A DNA stretch of 64,000 nt from Octopus sinensis (Eukaryota): contig NC_042997.1 of NCBI RefSeq assembly GCF_006345805.1, forward strand, positions 10,974,001-11,038,000, given 5' to 3'. The notes under the pieces were generated by a model, which searched no databases, was not told where the DNA came from, and saw only the letters and a list, made by a program, of their open reading frames with translations. The position numbers were made by a program, and so were the translations under genes. Positions 1-12,800 of the stretch are shown here, one piece after another (positions within the stretch are counted from its first letter, which is position 1; the number at the start of each line of letters is the position of its first letter).

Positions 1-455
1 TGAAACTCAGAAATGCCACCAAGCATTTTCCTCAGCATGCTAACAATTCTGCTGGACCGCCATCTTTAATAATAATAATGATGATGATAATGGAGAGTGT
101 CTGTCATCCCAGTAGTTATTTTCTCGATTTAGTGGCATGAGACAATAGGTGTGATTTTTTTCCACGTTTCACCGAGAAGGCTTATCAATGTTTTATCCAT
201 TTGCATACTTGCCTTTTTCAATTAATTTTTTAATAAACTTTCCGTTATTTTTAAAGACTTTTCATTTTTCTAAAAAGGTCACAGTTTGAGAACGGACCTG
301 AATGAAATCGGGTCAAAAACTAGTAATAATAATTATAATAATAATAATGAATTAAGTCAATATACAAAATAATACTGATATTTTACAAAGAAAGTATAGA
401 AAGTAGGCAATTTATGAAAAAATTACTTTATATAATAAATGGAAATTCTTCATAC

Positions 456-533
456 CGTGACTTCATCTTGGTACATTTGCAGACTGAAATCTTCTCGGTT
501 TTTATGCCGTTCACCTTGATAAATCACTTTGGT
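456..533 (-). CDS. TPCN1: TPC1 exon 24 (C-tail): TKVIYQGERHKNREDFSLQMYQDEVT
   Basis: Acceptor tcttag, donor gtatga; 78 nt; resembles vertebrate TPC1 GRRSRTKSDLSLKMYQEE. Confidence 0.92.
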
Positions 534-576
534 CTAAGAAAAAAAAATAAAGTATCAAAATAGTAACAACCAATTG

Positions 577-623
<47 letters not shown>

Positions 624-3600
624 CACACTCACACATTTGCAGACACCTAAATCACACAGGAATATGATTGCAGAAATAAATAACAGACTAAACAACAAAA
701 AGACACCAAAATAAATCATTTTCCCATTATTATTATTTTAACAAGTTATTTTCTATGCCAAAGCAAGCAATCAGTGCTAAGAATCAGCTTTTAATATTTT
801 TATGTTTGATTTGATTTTATATTGGTAATGGTGAACCATAATATTATTGATTATAGATTAGCACTGACTGCATTTTTGAAGGCAAGAGTGACAAGAGAGT
901 GTCTGAAAGACAGGGCAAAAGATTTTATTCTCACAAAGTACTTCATTCAAAGATCACCATGCTTTTACCAATACTCTTTTACTTGTTTCGGTCATTTGAC
1001 TGTGGCCATGCTGGAGCACCGCCTTTAGTTGAGCAAATCGACCCCAGGACTTATTCTTTGGAAGCCTAGTACTTATTCTATCGGTCTCTTTTGCCGAACT
1101 GCTAAGTTACGGGGATGTAAACACACTAGCATCAGTTGTCAAGCGATGTTGGGGGGGACTAACACAGACACACACACACATATATATACATGTACATATA
1201 TATGACAGGCTTCTTTCAGTTTCCATCTACCAAATCTATTCGCAAGGCTTTGGTCAGCCCGAGGCTATAGTAGAAGACACTTGCCCAAGGTGGAACGCAG
1301 TGGGACTGAACCCAGAACCATGTGGGCGGTAAGCAAGCTACTTATCACACAGCCACTCCTGTGCCAATATTTACATTCTTTGACAATAATTAGATACATG
1401 TATATACATGCACACAAACACACACAATAAGCTTCTACACATTTTTAGTCTATCAAATACCATTTACAAGATATTGGTCAACTCAAGTCTATGATAGAAA
1501 AACATTTGCTCAATGTGATACTTAGTGGGATTGAACCCAGAACCATGTGGTTGTAAAGCAAATTTCATAACCACATAGCCATGTCTGCACCATTTCTAAG
1601 AAACCTCTTTAATTCATTCAGCTCAATAAAAAAAAACTCTTGAGTATCAAGCTAACAAGGGAGTCTGGGAGCAGTAGCTTCACTTTTTACAAATAGCAGC
1701 CAAATCTCACTCAAATCAAACCTACTCTATCATCTTAGAAGAGGACACGTTAGTAAATGTAGTAATGGGTACACTATGCGTAGAAAAAAAAACAGGATTG
1801 TTATGACTGGAATACCTTTCACCATAGGTCTGTTTTATCAGAGCTAAACAACAGCAACTTCTATATGTCAAAACATATTATATATCTTCATTTACTTTAG
1901 ACCTTCAAACCTAATTTTAAAAAAAAAATCATTACTGTTCTTAATTCATGTTCTGAATTAAAGTTTAGCTAATAAATTTTGACTCATTAACTATTTAGTG
2001 CAAAAGCTTGCAATTTTATATTTTGTGGAAAGTGGATTAACAGAATCATTAGAGTGTTGGACAAAATAACATGTGATTTGCTTTGGCATTTAGGTTCTGA
2101 GTTCTAAAACTGCCGTGGTCAGCTTTGCCTTTCATCCTCCCACTTGATAAAGTACCAGCTAAGTACTGGAGAAAGTCAATGAAGTCAACTAACCTCCTAG
2201 CCTCAAAATTGTTGGCCCTGTACCTAAATTAGAAATTGTTCTGAGTTCAAATCCTGTCATGGTCAAGTTTACCTTGCATCCTACTAGGGTCCATAAAATA
2301 AAGTCCAGTCAATAGCTGGGATTAATATAACCAACCAGTCTTCCCCATGGCCCTGCTCGATCTGTAGAAAAGGTGTAGGTAGAAACTCTATAAGATGCAC
2401 CAAGTGTAAGCTATGGACACATAAGAGATGCAGCAATGTCAAAGGAAGGCTAACTAGGAAGATGGTTTTTGTATGTGGCAGATGCTCAGGAACAATAAAC
2501 ACTGAAAATGCTCTGAGACCAACTTCCGTCACTTTCCAGGGAGAAAAACTAGAAATAGTTGATAGTTTCCGTTACCTAGGTGACCAAGTCAGCAGCGGGG
2601 GTGGGTGTGCTGAAAGTGTAACTGCTAGAGTAAGAATAGCTTGGGCAAAGTTCAGAGAGCTCTTACCTCTGCTGGTGACAAAAGGCCTCTCGCACAGAGT
2701 GAAAGGCAGACTGTATGATGCGTGTGTACGAACAGCCATGCTACATGGCAGTGAAACATGGGCCGTGACTGCTGAGGATATGCGTAAGCTCGCTAGAAAT
2801 GAAGCCAGTATGCTCCGATGGATGTGTAATGCCGGTACTCACACTCGGCAGAGTGTAAGTACCTTGAGAGAAAAGCTGGACCTAAGAAGCATCAGTTGTG
2901 GTGTGCAAGAGAGACGTTTGCGCTGGTATGGTCATGTGGCGAGAATGGATGAAGATAGTTGTGTGAAAAAGTGCCACACCCTAGCGGTTGAGGGAACCTG
3001 TGGAAGAGGCAGACCCAGGAAAACCTGGGACGAGGTGGTGAAGCACGACCTTCGAACTTTAGGTCTCACTGAGGAAATGACTAGAGACCGAGACCTCTGG
3101 AAGTGTGCTGTGCGCGAGAAGACCCGGCAGGACAAGTGAGTCCACAACCCGTGGCCTTCTACATGGGATGGAGCCAGCCTACGTATGCATACCTTCCCTT
3201 CTTGGGACACAAAACTCTACTTGTGAAGACGTGTTGAGGCAAGTGAGGATCAGAATCGAAATCGATCAATGGAAATTGCGGATGTGCTACCAGTGCCGGT
3301 GGCATGTCGAAACTCTGCTTGTGAAGACCCATTGAGGCAAGTGAGGATCAGAATCGAAATCGATCAATGGAAATCGATCAATGGAAATTGCAGATGTGTT
3401 ACCAGTGCCGGTGGCATGTAAGAGAACTTTCCGTTTCGCGACCGTTGCCAGCACCGCCCCGTTTCGTGTCCGTTGCCAGCCTCGCCTGGCCCTCGTGCCG
3501 GTGGCACATAAAAAGCACCATCCGTTCGTGGCCGTTTGCCAGCTCTGTCTGGCACCAGTGCGGGTGGCACGTAAAAAGCACCCACTACACTCACGGAGTG

Positions 3601-6437
3601 GTTGGCGTTAGGAAAGGCATCCAGCCGTAGAAACACTGCCAGATTTGACTGGGCCTGATGAAGCCTTCTGGCTTCACAGACCCCAGTAGAACCGTCCAAC
3701 CCATGCTAGCATGGAAAACGGACGCTAAATGATGATGATGATGATGATGATGAATGCTAGAAACAATAATTAAGAGTGGTAGATTAGCAAAGGCTATAGA
3801 GTATTGGACAGTATTTTTCCTGATTTTTCTGGCATATATATATTCCTCCATGGAACAACACGAAACAAAGTGTTTCACACAAGAACACAACACAGTGCCC
3901 TGTCCAGGAATCAAAACCACAATCTTTCCATAAGTCCAACACCTTAACCACTAAGCCATGCACCTCTACTTTTGAACAAAATGCTCTGCAGTATTTCTTC
4001 TACTTTTTACAATTCAAGTTCAAATCCTGATAGTGTCAGCTTTGCTTTCATCAAGCACTGCAGTTAATGGAATCAAGTAACCCATTTACCTAAATTACAG
4101 ACCTTTTGACTATTAGAAACAGTTATTGAGCTGGCTAAAATGTGACTATGACAGAATAAAAGGCTTGCCACATTTCTTCCGGCTCTTTGCATTCTGAGTT
4201 CAAATCTTGCCAAGATTACTGGGATTCATGTAATTATCTAACCCCCTCCCAACAAAATTTATGGCAGTGTGCCTAAATTATTATTACTATCCCCTTCAAA
4301 GTACTTACATTAGTGTTTGACTGGTCACCTAAATATAAAGGAGTTAGTGGCATAGCTTCTTGCTCACACATTTGTAATTCCTCTGTGATAAAGGTATGTC
4401 AATTTGCTGAATGCTTTCATCTGCAAGAAGTTGATAAAAATACAAACTATTTTAAAAATATGTGTCAAATAAGGAAATTATTTTATTTGTAAATGAAAGT
4501 AAATGTTAAATGAAACAAGATTAAATAATAGCATGTATCAAGTACAGAGAGACAGATCTCTTACAAATTTTATTATCATCATCATCATTTAACATCCGCT
4601 TTCCATGTTGACATGGGTTAGACGGTTTGACTGGAACTGGTAAACTGGAGAGCTGCACCAGATTCCAACCTGATTTGGCCTGGTTTCTGCAGTTGGATGC
4701 CCTTCCTGATGCCAATCACTCCAAAGTGTAATGGGTGCTTTTTACATGCCACTGGCATGGGTACCAGTTACATGACACTAGTAACAGCCTTGACTATAAT
4801 TTCATGGGTGCCATTTGCATGACATTGGTAACAGCCATGACTACAGTTTCACTTGGCTTGACAAGTTGTTCTCATCCATACACATCACATGATCATACCA
4901 TTGTATTTGCCTTTCTTGCAGACCACACCTGATGCTTTTTAAGCCCAGTTTATTTCTCAAGATACTAATGTTCTATCACTCATGCAGACTGACACTGCAC
5001 ATCCAGCAAAGCATTCTAGCTTCATTTCTTTCAAACTTTCGCATGTCCTCTGCAGTCACAGCCCACGTTTCACTGTTGTGGAACATAGCTGTTCGCACAA
5101 AGGCAACATACAGTCTGCCTTTCATACTGAGGGAGAGGCCCTTAATTGCCAACAGAGGTAGAAGCTCTCTGATCTTTGCCCAGCCTCTAAGAGCATACAC
5201 CTCCACTGCTGACTTGGTCACCTAAATAACAGAAGCTATCAACTACTTCAAGGTATCCACCCTGGCATTTGATGAAGTCTATTGTATTTACATTTCTAGT
5301 GTTTATTGTACCCATGCATCTGCCACACACAAAGACTATTTTCCTTGTTAACCCTCCTCTGATAGTGCTGCACTTCTTATGTGTCCATAGCTTGCACCAG
5401 GTACATCTTATGGAGTTCCTACCTACACCTTTTCTACATATCAAGCAGAACCATCTACCTGAAGGAATTTGTGACTTCTCCTCTTTCCTATTTACTAAGA
5501 CTTTGGTTTTTGCTAAATTAACTCTAAGGCCCTTGAGTCTAGACCTTGCTTCCACACCTGGAATTTCTTGTCTAATTCCCCATTAGCATAGAGGAGCTCC
5601 CAGGGGCAGCCTGACTTAAATTCCTCTGTTATTGCCTGAAGGACTATGATGAACAAGAAGAGGCTGAGAACTGAACCTTGGTGAATCCCTACTTATACTC
5701 TGAATTCATCACTCTATGCATTACCAACCCTCGCCTTACTGACAGCATCCCTGTACATGGCTTGTAGAGCTCTCACCAACCACTCATCTATCCCTAGTTT
5801 CCACATTGACCACCAAAAATAATTGGAGGGAGATGTTCACCTGTTTGAATTCACTGCTGTATTTGGAATATATTAGTGCATATTTTTATGCCTTTGAAAT
5901 GTTTAAACATCAATCAATTTCCCTACTGCCACTTATATATAAACACACACATATATAAAATTTTTGTAGACAACTTCTCAGGTACCAGTAATATGACAAA
6001 ATATATCTAATCAATACTGTGGAGTGGTTGGCAACAAGAAGAGCACCCAGTTGTGACACCCATATCAAAAGTAAAAACAAAAAAAGGAAGAGGAAAAGGA
6101 GGATATGTGGAGTTCACAAGCTAAGAAAAATAGCTCATCAATAATCAAGATGATATAAAAAAAGGTGACATAGAAAAGGCACTCTTTTTTATGCCACCAG
6201 ACAATGTCTCTCATGCTGGTGGCACAATAAAATGCACTCTAAAGTAGTTAGCAATAGGAAGGGTGTCTATCCATGAAAACCACACTAAAAACACATGACA
6301 TCCTCAACAAGAAAGAGTGATGGTTTTCTCTGCTGTTTTGTGTATCAAAGAGCTACAAGTGTTGAGTCACTACTATCCAACCCATACCAGCATGAAAAAC
6401 AGATGTCAAAGAAGGATGATACAGATACATGCATGCT

Positions 6438-6486
<49 letters not shown>

Positions 6487-6809
6487 CATGTCGGTGGCAC
6501 GTAAAAAGCACCATTCGAATCGTGGCCGAAGCCAGTGCCGCCTCGATTGGCCTCCGTGCCGGTGGCACGTAAAATGCACCAATCCGACCATGGCCAATGC
6601 CAGCCTCGCCTGGCACCAGTGCAGGTGGCACGTAAAAAGCACCCACTACACTCACGGAGTGGTTGGCGTTAGGAAGGGCATCCAGCTGTAGAAACATTGC
6701 CAGATAAGACTGGAGCCTGGTGCAGCCTTCTGGCTTCCCAGATCCCCGGTCGAACCGTCCAACCCATGCTAGCATGGAGAACGGACGTTAAACGATGATG
6801 ATGATGATG

Positions 6810-6845
<36 letters not shown>

Positions 6846-9800
6846 TTGTGTGTTTATATGTATGGATACACACACGTTTAAATATTACAAAGCTTCAATG
6901 TGAGTTAAATAAGATTTAAACACTTTCTTTCTATTCTTTGAAATTTGGTGAAAAAACAGGAAGATGTTTCCTGAGGAACCATTTCTTCCCCAATCAATAG
7001 CAAAGATAAGTAGTCATGAATTGGGCTAGCACTCTGATGGGTAACCTAATTTGCATATTTCTGCTTTTGAAGGCTCATCATTAATTAAGCAATATCTATT
7101 TTATGTACAACACAGTGTAAATCAGAACTGAAATAACTTTAAATATGGCAAAACCTCACTGTAATTGAAATACAGGTTATTTTTTATTTTTATTTGCAAG
7201 GTTTGGAAAAAAAGAGGCAGTGATATCACCCTTACAAGCCTGCTGAAGCTACTGATTGATGCCATCAATGTTCCACTAAAGCTGTTAGTGGTTGACAAGA
7301 ATGACATGAGCAGGAAGAGAATACCAGAGGCTTGATCCCCAGGAGAGGAAGAACTGGATGTAGTGGTTATTGTAGGGCCTGGGAGGGCTAGACACAACAT
7401 GCTTGATAAAAAGAGAAGAGACAAGTGAGTCAAGAGTGCTTGAATCCAAGTGTCATGAAACCAGCCACTTCCATGAAGCAGAAAACAATGTAGTTGTAGT
7501 GGAAAATACAGAGTGAGTGACCTAACACTACAAAGTTGATTTGTAGAATTTAATTTTGCAAACATATTATTGGAAGTTGAACCAAGAGTAGGCCTCTAAT
7601 CTAACTTAATTGATTTGAATTTAAATACTTCAAGAGAAATAGTGAATTGTAATCATTTGATATAAGGGATGTTTGGCTGCTGAAAAATATACTTCATACC
7701 TTCAATGTCTTTACAGTTCATTGTTCTCTTGTACTGAATACGGAAAAGAAAGGCATCTAAAACAAATGCCACAACAATATTCATCACAACCTAAAACAAA
7801 AATGACAGAAACTATAATATTTTATTCTTTACATTAATTAGAGAAATACAAAACTATAATCAATTTATTAAATTCTTGAAAATTTTATGTAATTTATACA
7901 ACAAACTTTAGTAGCACATAAAGCAACATATTTTCTCTGCCAGCAGAACTACCAGATCACATGATTTCAGCCTTCCTTGTCAATGAAAGATGTCCGCAGT
8001 TAGAGATAGCAATTCCTCCATCAGCAATATATACACAATTGCAGTGCCTATTCAGGCATTGGTGTGGCAAATAGTCATTATCCTCATCTAATGTTCATTT
8101 TACATGCTGGCATAGGTTGGATGGTTTGCTGAAGGGCTGAGCCAAGCTCCATTCATTTGTTTTGGCATGGTTTTAATGGCTGGATGCCCCTCCTGACACT
8201 AGCCACTTTACAGAGTGTACTGGATGCTTTTTACATGGTGCCAGCATGGGTGCTAACTTACTGAAATGACTATCTTTTAGTTAGGCATTGTAGCCGTGTA
8301 CCTGTTGTAACACATTTCAGAAAGTTTGCATCAGCATTCATTAATAAAATAGCTCCTAACTAACATGGTTGTTTTGGCTCTTCTGCCAGCAGTTTTTCTT
8401 CTAGCAACACAATGCACCTTCAATTTTCTTTTTAATATCATGTAGCACGAACTTTTATAGATACTTAATTTCTTTAGAAACTTCATGGATAGTCAGGTGA
8501 CAATTTTTTACAGATCAATGCTTATATTTTCACAATGAAATCATTGTACATAGTCATGGAAAATTGTTCAGGTTTGGGATCAAATTTAGCAGATTTTCTT
8601 CCCAATTCGAAATACTAGTGCTCCTTGTGACACTGCATGTGACTTAAATCCATAAGTTAGTTGTATCATTGGGAAATGTTTCTGTAAAAGTTTCCCAATT
8701 TGAAACAGAATTTCCTACAAACACACTGCTCTTCTGAATCCTTCACTGTTCAACTTTAGATAAATTACCAGATGCATTGGTCTTCCCTTGCACATTGTCT
8801 CACCACATGATGCATAACCTTCCTACACATATGTTCACTCAAGTACATGTAGAACAATGATGGACTGATGTGTCATAATATGACTATTTTTAGACTGAAG
8901 GTCAAAGTCACATGTACACAACACTGAGGTCACAAGCATAGTGCACCAGCTGTTTTATGTGCTGTCTTAGATGTCCAGTTTTGCTTTGGATGTATGGAGT
9001 AATAAATGTGAAAATAAAAAAGAAGTAAATCAGTAACAAGACACTTTTCCAAATTTCCAGGTAGAATTACATTAATAAACATATTTAAAGAAACTTTTGT
9101 TTCTACAGTTAGTTTTACAATAAATATCTTTTGTATATGTTCCAGTTTTTAAATCTTAAATATTGTGTATTTATATATACACACGAACATAAACATCATG
9201 TAATTTATCTAGGATGTAATTGTAATCATATTACAAAAGGAAAAATATATTGTAACATAATGGCTCTGAGAAATTTGAAGTCATTATTGACAATGAATTT
9301 CTCATGTGTTGTAATAAAATTAAACAATATCTCTATTAATCAGACAGAAAAAGAAAAAGTAAGTTTAAGATTTAAAAATGACAAACCATAGAGACAATAT
9401 AAAACAGCATGAAGTAGAGTCGCAGCCATTCACTGACAGCATTAGCATAACCTTCCTACACAAATGATAGAAAAGCACCATTTTAGAAAATATACATAAT
9501 AGGTAGTTGTTATTTCTCTTGAAAGCAAATGGACTTTGAGTGAAAGACAGAGTGTATGATACTTGTGTATGATATGTTATGTTGCCTGATACTGAAACAT
9601 GGACAGTGAAATGAAAGGTGTGTAAAGGCTGGAAATGAAAAAAGCATACTCTGCTAAATGTGTAATTGTTAGTGTGCATGAATAATGGAGCATAGATGAG
9701 CTGAGAAAGAAGAACTTTATGGGAATCAGTTGTTGTTTGTAGGAGAAAAGATTAAGCTAGTACAGACGTGATGATACACATGGAGGATGATAGTTGGGTA

Positions 9801-12800
9801 AAAAGAATTGCCAAGTGATCCACTGAGAATGAAGGCATGGGGAAAAGAAGTTAAATCTAATATTGGGTAGGGCTGAATCTCTTGAAATAGATGACAGGGG
9901 ACTGCATCATGTGGTGAGACAATGTGCTAGAGAAGACCAATACAACCCATACAAGCATGGGAAAATAGATGTGATAGATGATGAAGTATGATGATGACAA
10001 TAAAAACAACATGTGAAGATGATGGTGATGATGATACAGTATACTATTAAAAGAAAAAAAAAAGACTACAGGTTTTGAATTACCAAAACAAGTATTTACT
10101 CTTTGTGATCTGAACAATTAGTTCTGTTTAAATGTTAGAAGGAAAATAAAGAACTATTTATGAACCTGTTTTTTTCAATGAATTACATGTGACAAATCAA
10201 TGGGGCCAATTCTTTTTGGACATTTGTTTATTTATGTAAAAAGGAAAAAAAAATCGATCACTAAATTATCCCTCTGCAGTCTATGTTCAAATCATGCCAG
10301 GATTGAACTGGTCTTTTATCCTAGTCAAATTAATAAAATAAGTATCAATCATGTATTAGGGTAGATTCAATCAACTATACACCTCCTCTATTTGCCTTAC
10401 ACAATGTAAAAAATAAATGCAATTAATCATTAGTGTTACTATTTCTATCACTGGACTAGTAATTTTCTGAAAAAGATACTAACCATTTAGCATTTAGATT
10501 ATTCTGTAAATTGTAATGCTTATTTATTCACATGGTTTTGAAATAAATATCTTGTAGCTTTGAGATTTCAATGTGATTGTTTATTTCTAGAATGACATTG
10601 TAGGTTAGGTGTGAGAAGCCAGCTCCAGCTACTTTGAACATAAAATAGGTAGAATATTAGGGCCAGATGTGGCTGATTATTTGGGCTGGATATGCTAAAG
10701 GGTTAAATGTAATAATAGTTTATAATATTAAAATACTGGTATATTACATGTATACCCAAACACATGCAATAGATAATTTTCAAGTAAAACAATTTTTTTT
10801 TCATATTGTAATATGCAAAAACTATGCCAGTTAATTATAGTCAGTGACATGATTGCAGTTACTGAATGTCAACTTCCTATTAATCCACAACCATTAAATT
10901 TCTTTGTTATTACTAATTTAGTAGGTCATTAAAAATCAGAAAATTAAACAACTACCAAAGATAGAAACTATCAAATATCAAAGGTAGAAATATATTAGAA
11001 AAATGTATTCTCACCATGATTATAAACCAGTTATTAACAACAGTCAGCTCAAACAGTGTCACTAAAATAAAAGTTTATATAACCACAGTAATAAACAGCT
11101 GATAATTCAAACAAAAGGATTTGATAGCTTCTTTATTTTTACAATTATTTGTAATTTAGAAGAGGGTTTGCATTGAAAATATAATATTTTTTAAACAAGA
11201 GCAAATAGAATTGTATTTTTATAGTATTCTAGTAGGTGAAAGAAAGTGAAATTAAAAGGTTATTTAAATTTCAGGGTTCAAGAATAAAAAAAAAAAGTTA
11301 GTTGATGCTTGAATAAAGCATAAATGAAGTTTCTTACCTCCACTGTAAAGAATATTTTGAAAATTATTTAAATAATAAAAGCCTTGAATACTGGTGCTAT
11401 TATCTTCCCGGTAAAAGTCTTCAACACTGGTGTTCCTTTGAATGACAACCAAATCAGAAATATCTTTAGATATTTTAAAACCACATGAAAAATGTTGAGG
11501 ACAAATAACTAGTTAATATACAGCTAGTTTAAGCTGGCCTAATTCGAGCTGATATGGTAATTGTACTGAAATAGCTCAATATCTGTAAGGTCCTCGTTTC
11601 TAATTAAAATTTTCAGATTTATATTTTAACATCTTTCAAATTTGTATTTTTGTTGCTTTTTGCATTGTTATAGCTGATGGGATATTTTAGACAAATTCTT
11701 ATTATGTAACAACTGTAAAAAAAAAACACTTATCAATTAAAAGAATTGTTGATAGTTGAAAAAAAAAAGCAAAATGGAAATTGAGATCAAGAGTAAATTA
11801 ATATTTCATCACATTTTAATCTGTTTGGCTACAGCATTCTGTTGTCAGTGAAGACCAAGTGACAAAAGACAAATGACATAAAATTTTAAGTCTCTATCAC
11901 CCCCTTTTATGATTATTTTTCTTGTTTTTCATAGCAAATATAATAATGACAATGTACATCTTAATTAAAATCAGTTCTGACAATTAATTAATATAAATAT
12001 ATAGTAGATAGAATTTAGTAACAGCTTTAATTTGAAAGCACACAGATTTTGGCTTTTCCAAAATTTATTCAATTTCATTATGTTTTAATCATTCATTTGT
12101 TTACTATTGTTTTATTTTTTCCAGGCTAACGCAAGTTGAATGAAGTCATTACTGAGGGATGGTTTTGCAACCAATGCTCTTCCTGTTGCTAACCCTTAAC
12201 TGTTTTTCAAGTAAAGGATTTTTATTATGTTTGTCTTAAAAATTGTTGAGCAACAGGGCAGTTTGTTGACAACTCAAGCAATTTCATGCAAAGATGCCAC
12301 AAAATATAAACATTCAAGCATACACACACACACATACAATGGGCTCCCTCAGGGTTTCCATGTACCATTTCCACTCACAAAGCATTGATCTGCTTAGGTC
12401 TATAGCGGAAGACACTTATCCAACATGCCACATAATAGGATTGAACCTGAAATGACAGTTTTCAGATTAATTAAAAATTCCAATGCACTCTTAACCCTTT
12501 AGCATTTAAACGGGCTATATGTAGCCCAAATGTTCTACCTGTTTTAAGTTCTAAACAGTCAGATCTGGCCTTTCACACCTGCTTTACAATGTCATTCTAA
12601 AAATAAATAATCACATCATCTGAAATCTTAAAGCTACAAGATAGTGCAAGATTATTTCAAAAAAATATAAATAAATAAGCATAACACTTGATAAAGTAAT
12701 CTGAATGCTAAAGGGTTAATGATGATTAAAATATTTTGGAATGTCATAATTAAACAAAATCTAAATAAATGTACAGTAAACATTAAAAGATATAGTTTTG

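Noticed and set aside
3291-3585. CRISPR-like repeat-spacer array (GTGCCGGTGGCAC repeats)
   Set aside because: Eukaryotic LINE 3' UTR; repeats are imperfect, spacing is irregular and there are no cas genes
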